Shown one piece after another: positions 19,229 through 31,240 of a stretch of 64,000 nucleotides of DNA. How positions within the stretch are numbered: the stretch's first letter is position 1; every line of letters starts with the position of its first letter. This stretch comes from Bacteroidota bacterium (GTDB taxonomy: Bacteria > Bacteroidota > Ignavibacteria > UBA10030 > UBA6906). The notes beneath the pieces were generated by a model, which was not told the origin of the DNA, did no database searches, and worked only from the letters and a program-made list of their open reading frames with translations. Location: assembly GCA_035516035.1 (NCBI GenBank), contig DATJAS010000044.1, forward strand, positions 9,026 through 73,025, in the 5' to 3' direction. Both the position numbers and the translations under genes were made by a program.

Positions 19229-20337
19229 CGGTGTTCCCCGACAACGTTCATATAAATGCGTTCCACGTCGGCCGCCATCCGCTCGGCCCGGTATCGGCGA
19301 TCGAAAAGGGCAAATGAGGACCGGCCGAACTCCCGCAGCGTTCCCCGGTCGCCGATCGTGGCGATGAGCGCCCGGGCGAGCGCGCTCGGGTCCTCGGCCG
19401 GTGTCAGGTGGCCCGAGATCCCCTCCTCCACCATCGCGGCGATGCCCCCCACGTTGGACGCCACCACGGGGAGGCCCGTGGCCAGCGCACGGAGGATTGC
19501 GATCGGGAACATCTCCGAGGCAAGGTCGATCGATGAGTGACAGTAGAGATCGAACGCCGGATAGAGCTGCCGGAGGTCGTCCCTGAAGCCAAGAAACCGG
19601 ACGCATCCGGTAATGCCGAGCGCGGCCGTTCGGTCCTTCAGCTCCTTCTCCAGCTCGCCGTCCCCCACGATCAGAAAGAGCACGTTCCTGGCCTCGCGCG
19701 CGATAATGGCGGCCGCCTCGAGGAGAAACCTGTGCCCCTTGAAGGGGACAAGCCGCGCCACGTTCCCGACGACGACCGTGTTCTCGTCGATCTTGAGCGA
19801 GCGGCGCGTTGCGGCCCGCCATGTCGCCCGTGCCTCGGGCGGATCAGTCTCGATCCCGATTGGCACCGTTGTCACGCGGCCGGGACCAATATGGTCCCGT
19901 CGCAGGAGCACGTCGCGCCCGGCCTCCGCGTCCGTGATGAAGTGTGCGGTGGCGAAGTGGTTCCGCAGCGCGTGCGTGATGTTCCGCCGTATGGAATGCG
20001 TGCTGTGCACCCCCGCGACGTGCCGCGCCGGCGTGAACGATGAGGCAAAGCCGGCGCAGGTCCTGTCGTAGTTGGCGTTGCTGTGGACGACCGCGATCGA
20101 CCGCTCCAGGAGCGCATGTCGCAGGAGGCGCGAGACGCCGAACACCCTCATCATGTCGCCGTAGGGGAGTGGCACGACCGGGAGTGAGCACTCCTCGCAC
20201 TTGCGGAGGAGCAGGTGACCGGGACGGGCGGAGACCCAGACGGCATGCCCCCGGCGCACGAGGTGGCGGGCAAGGACCAGCACGTAGTCCTCCCCCCCCG
20301 CAAAAATGTCGGTGGCGTCCGTCAGCAGGACGTTCAT
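19225..20337 (-). CDS. glycosyltransferase family 4
   Basis: GT-B fold. The C-terminal domain carries GLPVVASNVGGIAAMVEEGISGHL. Confidence 0.8.
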   Translation of the reverse strand: MNVLLTDATDIFAGGEDYVLVLARHLVRRGHAVWVSARPGHLLLRKCEECSLPVVPLPYGDMMRVFGVSRLLRHALLERSIAVVHSNANYDRTCAGFASSFTPARHVAGVHSTHSIRRNITHALRNHFATAHFITDAEAGRDVLLRRDHIGPGRVTTVPIGIETDPPEARATWRAATRRSLKIDENTVVVGNVARLVPFKGHRFLLEAAAIIAREARNVLFLIVGDGELEKELKDRTAALGITGCVRFLGFRDDLRQLYPAFDLYCHSSIDLASEMFPIAILRALATGLPVVASNVGGIAAMVEEGISGHLTPAEDPSALARALIATIGDRGTLREFGRSSFALFDRRYRAERMAADVERIYMNVVGEHR

Positions 20338-20341
20338 CGCA

Positions 20342-21205
20342 CTAGCCGTTGCCGTAGACTTCGCCGACGCCGAACCTGCTGGCTGCCCAGAGCGCGAGGT
20401 TTGCGGTGATCGCGGTGACCGCGCGGTGCTCGTCCTCCTCGCGGACGACGAGGTCGTAAGTCTCGGCCACGAACTTCATGTTCCTGAGTATCTTTCCCAC
20501 CTGCTCACGCGTGACGGTCCCGTGCCAGAACGCGATCTGTGAGAGTATCATCGTCCCGTGGCGCCGCAGCAGCTCTCCGAACGCGATGACCTTTTCGGCG
20601 CGGGGCGTCCGGGGAACGCACACGTGAGAGAGATCGGTGAAGTACTCGTCCCAGTACGTGGCAAACGTCTTGTTCTCCGGCCTCCTCAGGTAGCGGGCCC
20701 TCTGGAGCGAGAGCCGCGCTTTCGTCCGCACACGGTAGCGTGGGACGACCGGGTGGAGGTCGTAGAGCGTCCGGGGGGGCTGCGTCGGGTCTTCCGTGTC
20801 GGGTTCCAGGTAGGCCCAGCGCTTCCGGAGCCCCCGCCATGTGTCCACGCACACCACCGGTGCCTTGCGGCTGTCCATGGAAATGAACTTCCCCCTTTCC
20901 ATCCCCACGACTGTGATCCAGTGGTTCCAGCCATCCACGCACAGGAGTGCCGGGTACCCTTTCCTGAGCAACTGGAGAAGTTCTTTCCTGGCCCCGAGGG
21001 AGTCCTTCCGGCGAATGACGTTCATATCGCAGTCGTAGGCCCTGGCCGCCCGGGCGAGCTTGATCTCGTCCGTGCCGTTCCACCAGTGTGTGCCGGCGAT
21101 ATGCGATATCCTGTTCTCGTCGACGATTCTGCCCAGCATGATCAGCGCATACTTCAGGGCGAACGGGCCGCACTGCCACTTGTTCGGCTGAGGATACAGT
21201 CCCAT
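20342..21205 (-). CDS. hypothetical protein with N-terminal papain-like (peptidase C39-like) domain
   Basis: NKWQCGPFALKYALIML (Gln-Cys-Gly), then NHWITVVG (His) and FISMDS (Asp). The spacing is consistent with a C39-like Cys-His-Asp triad. The C-terminal ~150 aa are unassigned. Confidence 0.45.
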   Translation of the reverse strand: MGLYPQPNKWQCGPFALKYALIMLGRIVDENRISHIAGTHWWNGTDEIKLARAARAYDCDMNVIRRKDSLGARKELLQLLRKGYPALLCVDGWNHWITVVGMERGKFISMDSRKAPVVCVDTWRGLRKRWAYLEPDTEDPTQPPRTLYDLHPVVPRYRVRTKARLSLQRARYLRRPENKTFATYWDEYFTDLSHVCVPRTPRAEKVIAFGELLRRHGTMILSQIAFWHGTVTREQVGKILRNMKFVAETYDLVVREEDEHRAVTAITANLALWAASRFGVGEVYGNG

Positions 21206-21365
21206 CGGGGGTTGGTCTTCGGATCGGGTACGAGGGTTCGAAAAAACGCCGGTGGCCCCCCTGAGGGGACCACCTTTTAACTTAAAATACGCAAAGGGGG
21301 GAGGATTTCCAAGGCGGGTTTTTTGGCTGTTTTGAGCTGAATTGCGGGTTTCCCGCCCGCCAGGG

Positions 21366-21868
21366 CTACTTCTGGGCTTTGGCGGTCTCCCGGAAGAACC
21401 CCATCATCCCCGCGGAGGGGGGTGTGTGACCCATCTGCCTCATGAGCGTTACCACCTGCGCCCTGTGGTACGTCGAGTGATCGACCACGTGCTGCAGTGC
21501 GTCGCCGTATGCCTGTATGAACTGCTGCCCCGTGGACGTGGTCATGGGAAACGTCTCCTGGAGCTTCCTGTCCGTCAGCGTCCCGAGAAACTTCGCCATG
21601 TTGAACCCCGTCTCCTCCCACGTCTTTTTCACTTCGGCGAGCGTGGGGACGTCGGCAGGCTTGATCATTGCCTTATCGGGCGTGCCAACCATGCGGGAGA
21701 GCCACATCTTCTCCGCCCCCACCATGTGCGTGAGCGTCCCGTGGATGCTCCCGTGGCTCGCCTTCATGTCGCGCGTGAACTCTTCCGCCGGCAGGGCGGC
21801 GAGGGCGTCGAATATCCGGTTCGATGCCCAGGCATTGAACGCGGTCAGCCGTTTGATGTCCTGCAGCG

Positions 21869-21872
<4 letters not shown>
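21366..21872 (-). CDS. DinB/YfiT-like (DinB_2) metal-dependent hydrolase family protein
   Basis: HGSIHGTLTHMVGAEKMW and YHRAQVVTLMRQMG His-containing helices. Length is 168 aa. Confidence 0.65.
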
Positions 21873-24604
<2,732 letters not shown>

Positions 24605-24740
24605 GCAGGAATTAACCCAAATCCGGCAGGAAAATCAACGAACCGGAACTCGGGGAAAGAACACCCGGGGGGCGGGGGGGGTCCGCACACCCCGGGGTCC
24701 AGCGCCGGGGATCCGAGGGACCTCCGGCATTTCCTATGGG

Positions 24741-26081
24741 TCAGTGGAAATTCATGATGTGGTAACTTTCCCACCACTGTGAGATCGAGTAGGTCTTCTT
24801 GATGAAGCCAGGATAGAACGGAGGTCTGACAGAGGGATCGGCAAGTCGAACGTCGTACTTGTAACGCTTGAGGAAACCGCTCTGGAGCGTGGCGCTCCCG
24901 TTGAACGTGCCGACGGGTCCGCGTGAGTTCTGCACGATCGACCCGAGGATGTTGAGGTCTCCGTTGATGGGGCGCGTTGAATAGTTCTGCGCGGTGAACG
25001 AGCCTGTGCGTGCAAAAACGCTCCCCTGGATTGTCCTGCCGGTCGCGCCCGGGATGTCATCGGCCACGATGACGTTGTTGTTGGCGACCAGTCCCAGCAT
25101 GTCCGAGCTCGCGCCGTTGCGCGGATCGTGCTGGTAGAAAATGTCCTGCTGGATCACGATGTTGTTCGTCGATGCCGTGGGCGTGCTGTAGGAGGCGATC
25201 GTGAGCCTGCCGTCGAGCGTCCCCTGCACGTTCACGACGCCCGTTCCCATGATCACGCCGTTAAAATTCGGATCGCCGAGCCCGACCGTGTCGATGATCG
25301 GGCCGAGCTGCGTCTGGCGCACGTAGGCAACGCCGTCTCCCTCGGCGGGCCCCCCGGGGTCGAGCGTGACCCAGATATCCGTGGTGTATTTCTTCCCGTT
25401 CGGTGAGGCGGCGGCGGCGGCCAGTCCGCTCATGTCGCTCGGGAACTGGATCTGGGCGACCCCGGTTTCCGGTGCCGGGGGATTCTGGAAAATCGCCTTG
25501 TTGGTATACGTTGTGCCGCCGATCACCTGGGACTTGCCCAGCGGCGGGATGAGCCCCTTCGACGTGGTCACCTTCTGGAGGAACACCGGGCTTCCGCTCA
25601 TCGTCAGGTTATCGTTGGAATGGACCCTCCCCCAGATAGAATCTCCGGTAATCCAGAACACGCCGTTCTCCAGGTTGGTCATCCAGGCGAAAAGCGAGAA
25701 GCTGTTGTCGGAGCTGGAAGCCACCGTCACGTCGACCGTGTCGCCGTACGCGTTGCCGTCGACAAACGACGAGGAAACGCTCCTGAGGAGCTTCCCTCCG
25801 GGGACCGGGGAAACCGTCGCGGTAAACGAGCCGTCGAACGGGCTTCCCGAAAACGACTGCGTCATAGTGACGGGAGCTGAGGATCCCCAGCTTGTGTCGC
25901 GGTAGAGCCGGGAGAGTGCGGCGTTTGCCCCGGCGAGCGCCAGGTTGTGCGAGGCCGTCATCGCCGCGTATGCCGACATGTTGGTCACGGAACGCGTCGC
26001 CGCGCCGCCGAGGTTGAGAATCGCGTACCCCATCAACGAGCTGAATCCCAGGATCAGGATTAACGCCGCCCTTCCCCCCAT
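24741..26081 (-). CDS. membrane-anchored secreted protein, PilX_N-like N-terminus (putative minor pilin-associated protein)
   Basis: N-terminus GRAALILILGFSSLMGYAILNLGGAATRS...ALAGANAALSRL resembles the pilus-assembly PilX N-terminal domain pattern. The large C-terminal domain is beta-rich and Gly/Thr/Asn-rich. Confidence 0.4.
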   Translation of the reverse strand: MGGRAALILILGFSSLMGYAILNLGGAATRSVTNMSAYAAMTASHNLALAGANAALSRLYRDTSWGSSAPVTMTQSFSGSPFDGSFTATVSPVPGGKLLRSVSSSFVDGNAYGDTVDVTVASSSDNSFSLFAWMTNLENGVFWITGDSIWGRVHSNDNLTMSGSPVFLQKVTTSKGLIPPLGKSQVIGGTTYTNKAIFQNPPAPETGVAQIQFPSDMSGLAAAAASPNGKKYTTDIWVTLDPGGPAEGDGVAYVRQTQLGPIIDTVGLGDPNFNGVIMGTGVVNVQGTLDGRLTIASYSTPTASTNNIVIQQDIFYQHDPRNGASSDMLGLVANNNVIVADDIPGATGRTIQGSVFARTGSFTAQNYSTRPINGDLNILGSIVQNSRGPVGTFNGSATLQSGFLKRYKYDVRLADPSVRPPFYPGFIKKTYSISQWWESYHIMNFH

Positions 26082-26108
26082 GGTCTCCCCTTCCGAGTAT
26101 GCTTCCGA

Positions 26109-26723
26109 TCAGCGACGGAAATTTTGCGACGCCAGGCGCGTCTGTTGCCAGTACGAGGTGGAATAGAGGGCGTTCCGCTGCCCGGCGGCCACCATCCCCT
26201 GCGGGCGATAGAGCGCGTACGGGTTCTGGACTTCGAGCGAGATCTCCACTTCCTTGATGCGCCCGAGGTCCCCGGCGGAGACCGGAGTGACGAGCGTGTC
26301 GTCCGTGGCGGTGATGTAGGTGAGATGGAAATAGGTGACGACCGCGGGACTGGTCGGCGCCTCGCTGTTGAGTTGACGGTGGATATACCGGTCCATTTCG
26401 TTCTGCGTGGCCGCAAGCTCCGAGGTCGGGCCGAGCGTGTACGAGATCGTGTCCATCGTACCGTCGCGGTTCACGTCGCACAGGAATGCAATTGAGCTGT
26501 CGCCGGCGGCGAGAATCGTCTGCTTGCCGGGAGAGAGCCCGTAGCCCATGTTCTGGAATTCTCCTTCGATGTATTGCACCTGCGTGATCAGCAGCTCCTG
26601 CACGAACGCATCCCCCTGGTAGGTCGACGAGTCCTCGGCGACCAGGTTCTGCGCGTCGATAACGTTCATGAGGAGCATCCCCCCCATCAAGATCGAGCAG
26701 AGCACGTCGAGTATTGCCGACAC
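26109..26723 (-). CDS. membrane-anchored hypothetical protein (pilin-like N-terminal helix)
   Basis: The N-terminal hydrophobic helix ILDVLCSILMGGMLLMNVI is followed by a soluble domain. It is co-operonic with two similar genes. Confidence 0.4.
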   Translation of the reverse strand: MSAILDVLCSILMGGMLLMNVIDAQNLVAEDSSTYQGDAFVQELLITQVQYIEGEFQNMGYGLSPGKQTILAAGDSSIAFLCDVNRDGTMDTISYTLGPTSELAATQNEMDRYIHRQLNSEAPTSPAVVTYFHLTYITATDDTLVTPVSAGDLGRIKEVEISLEVQNPYALYRPQGMVAAGQRNALYSTSYWQQTRLASQNFRR

Positions 26724-26735
26724 CTGTCCCCCCTC

Positions 26736-27257
26736 CTAGAAGAAGTGGAAATAGCCCATGACGATCGATGTCTTCAGCGTGTCGATGATCTCGTCCGATC
26801 CGGGTGGCGGGAATGTCCTCCAGGTTCTCATGTCCAGGCGCTTGAGATACGTCCTGTACGAGACGCTCTTGCTGAGGTCGTTGGTGTCGACGTACGAGAC
26901 CGCGAACGTGGTCATGTAGCGGCGATCCGATCCCCCCGCCGTCTTCTCATCGGAGTAGCCGTTCAGGTCGTCGAAGTCGTTGAATGTATCCATCGTTGTT
27001 TCACCGGGTTCGGGGCCGGGTGGATACGTCAGTGCGAGGGGACTTGTGAGCGCGACGTCGGAAGTGTCAGTGACCTGGTCGAACGCCAGACCGTTGGCAA
27101 ACTCGATGTAAGAAGTGGCGATCGTCGTTGCCAGTATGCCATCCTGCCCGCCGGAGATGTCCTGCCCCGTGCGGTCGAGCGAAGAATATACGCCCTTGAG
27201 TATTGTCGTCAGGAGTATGAACGCGGCTATCGAGAGTAGCGTCTGCCCGGTCGTCAT
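26736..27257 (-). CDS. membrane-anchored hypothetical protein, prepilin-like N-terminus (MTTG/QTLLSIAAFILL)
   Basis: GGAGGGGGG RBS. Start MTTGQTLLSIAAFILLTTIL resembles a class III signal (G|xTLL), though +5 is Ser not Glu. It is the first gene of a three-gene operon. Confidence 0.4.
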   Translation of the reverse strand: MTTGQTLLSIAAFILLTTILKGVYSSLDRTGQDISGGQDGILATTIATSYIEFANGLAFDQVTDTSDVALTSPLALTYPPGPEPGETTMDTFNDFDDLNGYSDEKTAGGSDRRYMTTFAVSYVDTNDLSKSVSYRTYLKRLDMRTWRTFPPPGSDEIIDTLKTSIVMGYFHFF

Positions 27258-27384
27258 CAGCGGGTCCCCCCTCCGGAAATCTCCTCAACGACACGAATTA
27301 GCAAAATAATACGAAATTAATTTGTCATATTTCGGTGATGTACCTCACAAAAAATCTGATAATTTGGCATATGTGTTCTTCGGT

Positions 27385-29217
27385 TCATTCCAAAATCCTC
27401 ATAATTCCCTCAATTCGGCCCATTGGGGCTGAAAGCTGGACTCCAGCCACATTTCCCTTAATATGGTGGTACGTTTCCCGCGCGATTTTGACCCCTTCTG
27501 CAAACCCCTCTTCTTTCGTCGTCGTTTTCCTCATTCTCTCCATAATCTCCGGGGGCACAGATGCGCCCGGAACCTCGTTGTTCATGAACTCCGCGTTTCT
27601 GTATGAGACCAGCGGCCATATGCCGCAGATCAGCGGCACATTCACCCCTTCGATCCTCTTCATGAACTCCTCGAGTATGCGAATGTCGAACACGGGCTGC
27701 GTGATTACGTACTCGGCCCCCGCTTCGATCTTCCATTGGAGCCGCCTCAGCTCTTCGTCGAGATTGATCGCCCCCGGGTTCACGCCGACGCCGATCGAGA
27801 ATCCGGTCGGATCGCCGATAGGGTTCCCGGCCAGGTCGAGCCCGTGGTTGAGGCGGTTGATGACGTTTGTCAAACCGATCGCGTCCACGTCGAACACGGC
27901 GGTGGCGCTCGGGTAATTCCCCAGCTTCGGCGGGTCACCCGTGATGGCCAGGATATTCCTCAGGCCCAGCGCCCACGCCCCAAGGAGATCGGATTGCATC
28001 CCGATCACGTTCCGGTCCCGGCAGGCAATGTGGAGCACGGTTTCGATGCCCACGTCCCTCTGGATGATCGACGCCATCGCCAGCGCGGACATCCGCGCGG
28101 AGGCCCGCGGTCCGTCGGGAATATTGATGGCATCGATGCCGAACTGGTGGAGCCGCCGCGCCTTTTCCACCTCGCGCGCGGGTGAGACCCCCTTCGGGGA
28201 GACCAGCTCTGTCAGGACAACAAACTCTCCCCTGACGAGCTTCGTTGCGAAGCGGGACTTCTCCGTCTTCTGGAAGACGCGTACCGCCTCAGGCGCCTTG
28301 ACCTCGAAACTGACCCCTTTCATGTCCATCCGCTTCACGGGCTGGAGAGCCCGAACGGCCCGCCGGATCGCGCGGATATGGTCGGGATTCGTTCCGCAGC
28401 ACCCCCCGACGATCGTCGCGCCCGTCTGGATGAACCTCTTGGCATACTCCGCCATGTACTCCGGGGACGTCATGTAGATGTTCCGCCCGCCGATGTTCTG
28501 GGGGAGCCCCGCGTTCGGCTGCACCGACATCGGGAGCGCGGTCAGCGTCTTCAGCGTCTCGAGCGCGTCAAGCATGGCGCGGGGGCCGACCGAGCAATTG
28601 AGACCGATCGTGTCGATCCCGGAGCTCCCCACCCCCTTGACGAAACTCTCCAGCGTGGCGCCGCTGAGGAGGTTTCCGTCATCGTTAATCGTGACCTGGG
28701 CCATGAGCGGGATATCGGGGTTCAGTTCCCGCACGGCCTGAATCGCCTGCGCCAGCTCCGCCACGAGCGAGAACGTCTCCAGTATCACAATGTCCACACC
28801 TCCCTCCAGGAGGCCTGCGGCCTGCTCCCGGAATGCCTCGCGCGCCTCGCCGTAGGAGAGCTTGCCGAGGGGCTCGATCTGGACACCGAGGGGACCCATC
28901 GACCCGGCCACGAGCACCTGGTCTCCGGCTGCAGCACGGGCGAGCTGCGCCCCTTTCACGTTGATATCCCTGACGCGTGGCTCCAGCCCGTGGGGGGCGA
29001 GCTTGAACCGGTTTGCGCCGAACGTGTTCGTCTCGATGACGTCCGCCCCCGCCCCGATGTAATCGCGGTGCACCTCCGAGACGATGTCAGGGTTCGTGAG
29101 GTTTAGCTCGTCGAAACAGGTGTTGATGTAGATCCCCTTCTGGTAGAGGTACGTGCCTACCCCTCCGTCGAAGACGAGGACTTCGTTACTCTGGAGCCGT
29201 TCCCTGAAGCCTTTCAT
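27385..29217 (-). CDS. bifunctional homocysteine S-methyltransferase / 5,10-methylenetetrahydrofolate reductase
   Basis: N-terminal Hcy-binding domain with Zn-site motifs GLNCSVGP and GGCCGTNPDHI. The C-terminal MTHFR domain carries FVVLTELVSPKG and AITGDPP. Confidence 0.85.
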   Translation of the reverse strand: MKGFRERLQSNEVLVFDGGVGTYLYQKGIYINTCFDELNLTNPDIVSEVHRDYIGAGADVIETNTFGANRFKLAPHGLEPRVRDINVKGAQLARAAAGDQVLVAGSMGPLGVQIEPLGKLSYGEAREAFREQAAGLLEGGVDIVILETFSLVAELAQAIQAVRELNPDIPLMAQVTINDDGNLLSGATLESFVKGVGSSGIDTIGLNCSVGPRAMLDALETLKTLTALPMSVQPNAGLPQNIGGRNIYMTSPEYMAEYAKRFIQTGATIVGGCCGTNPDHIRAIRRAVRALQPVKRMDMKGVSFEVKAPEAVRVFQKTEKSRFATKLVRGEFVVLTELVSPKGVSPAREVEKARRLHQFGIDAINIPDGPRASARMSALAMASIIQRDVGIETVLHIACRDRNVIGMQSDLLGAWALGLRNILAITGDPPKLGNYPSATAVFDVDAIGLTNVINRLNHGLDLAGNPIGDPTGFSIGVGVNPGAINLDEELRRLQWKIEAGAEYVITQPVFDIRILEEFMKRIEGVNVPLICGIWPLVSYRNAEFMNNEVPGASVPPEIMERMRKTTTKEEGFAEGVKIARETYHHIKGNVAGVQLSAPMGRIEGIMRILE

Positions 29218-29357
29218 TGATCAGTCGTGTTGTCTGTTGGCATGAGGTGGAGACATGATACGCATTTTCCGGTTCCTCCCAAAATGGCAGATTTCTTGAT
29301 TCTCCAGGCCGAAATCTCTATATATAGGCCCATGCTTCGTTCGCCTGTCCGGTCGTC

Positions 29358-30074
29358 ATGAACCGGGAATATCACACCTGGACGAGTCCCTCGCTGGGGC
29401 ACCAGATGGAGATCCTCGTCTTCGGCCACGCGGGGGTGCCCCTCCTCGTGTTCCCGACTTCGAAGGGAAGGTTCTTCGACTACGAGGAGAGGGGGATGGT
29501 AGGCGCGCTCGCCGGTCCGCTTGCTGGGGGGAGAGTCCAGCTTTTCTGCGTCGACAGCGTGGACGGTGAGAGCTGGTACAACTACGGAGCGCCCCCACGC
29601 GAGCGCGTGGTGCGCCACATGGCCTACGAGCGCTACCTGCTGGATGAGGTCTTCCCGTTTGCCTCCGGGAAGAACGGGAGGAATCGCCTGGCCGTCACCG
29701 GCTGCTCGTTCGGCGGCTACCACGCCGTCAACATCACGCTCCGCCATCCCGACCGGATCGGATCGTGCATCAGCCTGGGGGGCGCGTTCGACATCCGCCA
29801 GTTCATCGCCGGCTACTATGACGACGACTGCTATTTCAACAACCCGGTGGACTACCTCCCGGGCCTGACCGACGCCTGGTATCTTGACAGGCTCGCCCAT
29901 GACGTGACGATAATACTCGCCACCGGCGAGCACGACATCTGCCTCCAGGACAACATCCGCCTGGCGGGAATGCTGGACGCAAAGGGTTTGCCGCGCGTGC
30001 TCGACGTCTGGGGGGACGGAGCCGGGCACGACTGGCCCTGGTGGAGGAGCATGATCGCAAAATTCATCCCCTGA
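29358..30074 (+). CDS. putative esterase (alpha/beta hydrolase, esterase D/enterochelin-esterase-like)
   Basis: Nucleophile elbow GCSFGG (GxSxG) in a 238-aa protein with the putative-esterase family layout. Confidence 0.65.
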   Translation: MNREYHTWTSPSLGHQMEILVFGHAGVPLLVFPTSKGRFFDYEERGMVGALAGPLAGGRVQLFCVDSVDGESWYNYGAPPRERVVRHMAYERYLLDEVFPFASGKNGRNRLAVTGCSFGGYHAVNITLRHPDRIGSCISLGGAFDIRQFIAGYYDDDCYFNNPVDYLPGLTDAWYLDRLAHDVTIILATGEHDICLQDNIRLAGMLDAKGLPRVLDVWGDGAGHDWPWWRSMIAKFIP

Positions 30075-30109
30075 ATCATGCGCCGGCAAACACACATCAC
30101 GGAGCTCCC

Positions 30110-31240
30110 ATGAAGCGCATCGGCATACTCTTCGGCATGGAAAACACGTTCCCGGACGCCGTCGTCGCGCGCATCAACGAAACGTCGGGCGCCGTGAAAG
30201 CCGGGGCCGTGAAGCTCGGCGCCACGGACATGGAAGTGCCCTCCGGGTACGACCTGATTATCGACAGGATCTCGCATGACATCCCCTACTACAGGTCGTA
30301 CCTGAAAAACGCCGTGCTCCACGGCGCGATCGTCATCAACAACCCGTTCTGGTGGAGCGCCGACGACAAGTTCTTCAATTACTCGCTCGCGGCGCAGCTC
30401 GGCGTGGCCGTGCCGAAAACGGTGCTTCTCCCTTCGCACCAGCACCCGCCCGAGACGACGTCGCAATCGATGCGCAACCTCATCTACCCGCTCGACTGGA
30501 ACGCCGTCTTCCAGACGGTCGGCTTCCCGGCGTTTCTCAAGCCGCACAGTGGTGGGGGATGGAAGCACGTGTACAAAGTCGCGAACGAGCCGGAGTTCTT
30601 CGAAGCATACGATCGCACCGGCGACCTCGTCATGACGCTCCAGGAAGCGATCGAATTCGACGAATACTTCCGCTGTTACTGCATCGGACGGGAGAAGGTG
30701 CACATCATGCGGTACGACCCCCGCCGCCCGCACGAGGAGCGCTACGTGCGGGACGGGCCGCCCGTCGATGCGGCGCTCGAGCGGCGGATCACGGAGGACT
30801 GCCTCACGCTCAACCGCGCGCTCGGGTACGACCTGAACACGGTCGAATTTGCCGTGCGCGGCGGCATCCCCTACGCGATCGATTTCCTGAACCCTGCACC
30901 GGACGCGGACTATCATTCCGTGGGGCCCGACAACTTCGCCTGGATCGTGGACGCCGTCGCGTCCATGGCGATAGCCCGCGTCACGGGGGGTGGAGGCACT
31001 CCGAGGGAGTACCGATGGGCGGAGTTCCTGAAAGGGACCGCCTCCGAGGCGCCCGCGCAGAAGGAACCCGCTCCCCACAAAAGCTCTGCGGAGAACCCGC
31101 CACGGGAAGGATCCGCTGCCCGCAAAAGCTCCGCGGAGAATCCGCTCCGGGAAGAATCCTCCGTGCGCAAAAGCTCAGCGGCTAAACCGACCCACCGTAA
31201 ACCCGCCCCGCGCAAGTCGCCGGGGAAGAAGAAGCCATGA
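30110..31240 (+). CDS. ATP-grasp family ligase (RimK/glutathione-synthetase-like) with repetitive basic C-terminal tail
   Basis: MKRIGILFG... pre-ATP-grasp and ATP-grasp layout (FPAFLKPHSGGGWKHVYKV). The tail is (RKSSAENPxRE)n. It overlaps the next gene by 4 nt. Confidence 0.65.
   Translation: MKRIGILFGMENTFPDAVVARINETSGAVKAGAVKLGATDMEVPSGYDLIIDRISHDIPYYRSYLKNAVLHGAIVINNPFWWSADDKFFNYSLAAQLGVAVPKTVLLPSHQHPPETTSQSMRNLIYPLDWNAVFQTVGFPAFLKPHSGGGWKHVYKVANEPEFFEAYDRTGDLVMTLQEAIEFDEYFRCYCIGREKVHIMRYDPRRPHEERYVRDGPPVDAALERRITEDCLTLNRALGYDLNTVEFAVRGGIPYAIDFLNPAPDADYHSVGPDNFAWIVDAVASMAIARVTGGGGTPREYRWAEFLKGTASEAPAQKEPAPHKSSAENPPREGSAARKSSAENPLREESSVRKSSAAKPTHRKPAPRKSPGKKKP
31078..31200 (+). repeat. 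45-nt tandem repeat (about 2.7 copies) inside the ATP-grasp gene 3' end
   Basis: Copies at 31078-31122 and 31123-31167 are near-identical (caaaagctc.gcggagaa.ccgc...gggaag.atcc...). A third degenerate copy follows. Confidence 0.7.

Noticed and set aside
29852-31078. 408-aa minus-strand ORF opposite the esterase/ATP-grasp genes
   Set aside because: Antisense GC artefact with an Arg/Gly/Val-rich translation.
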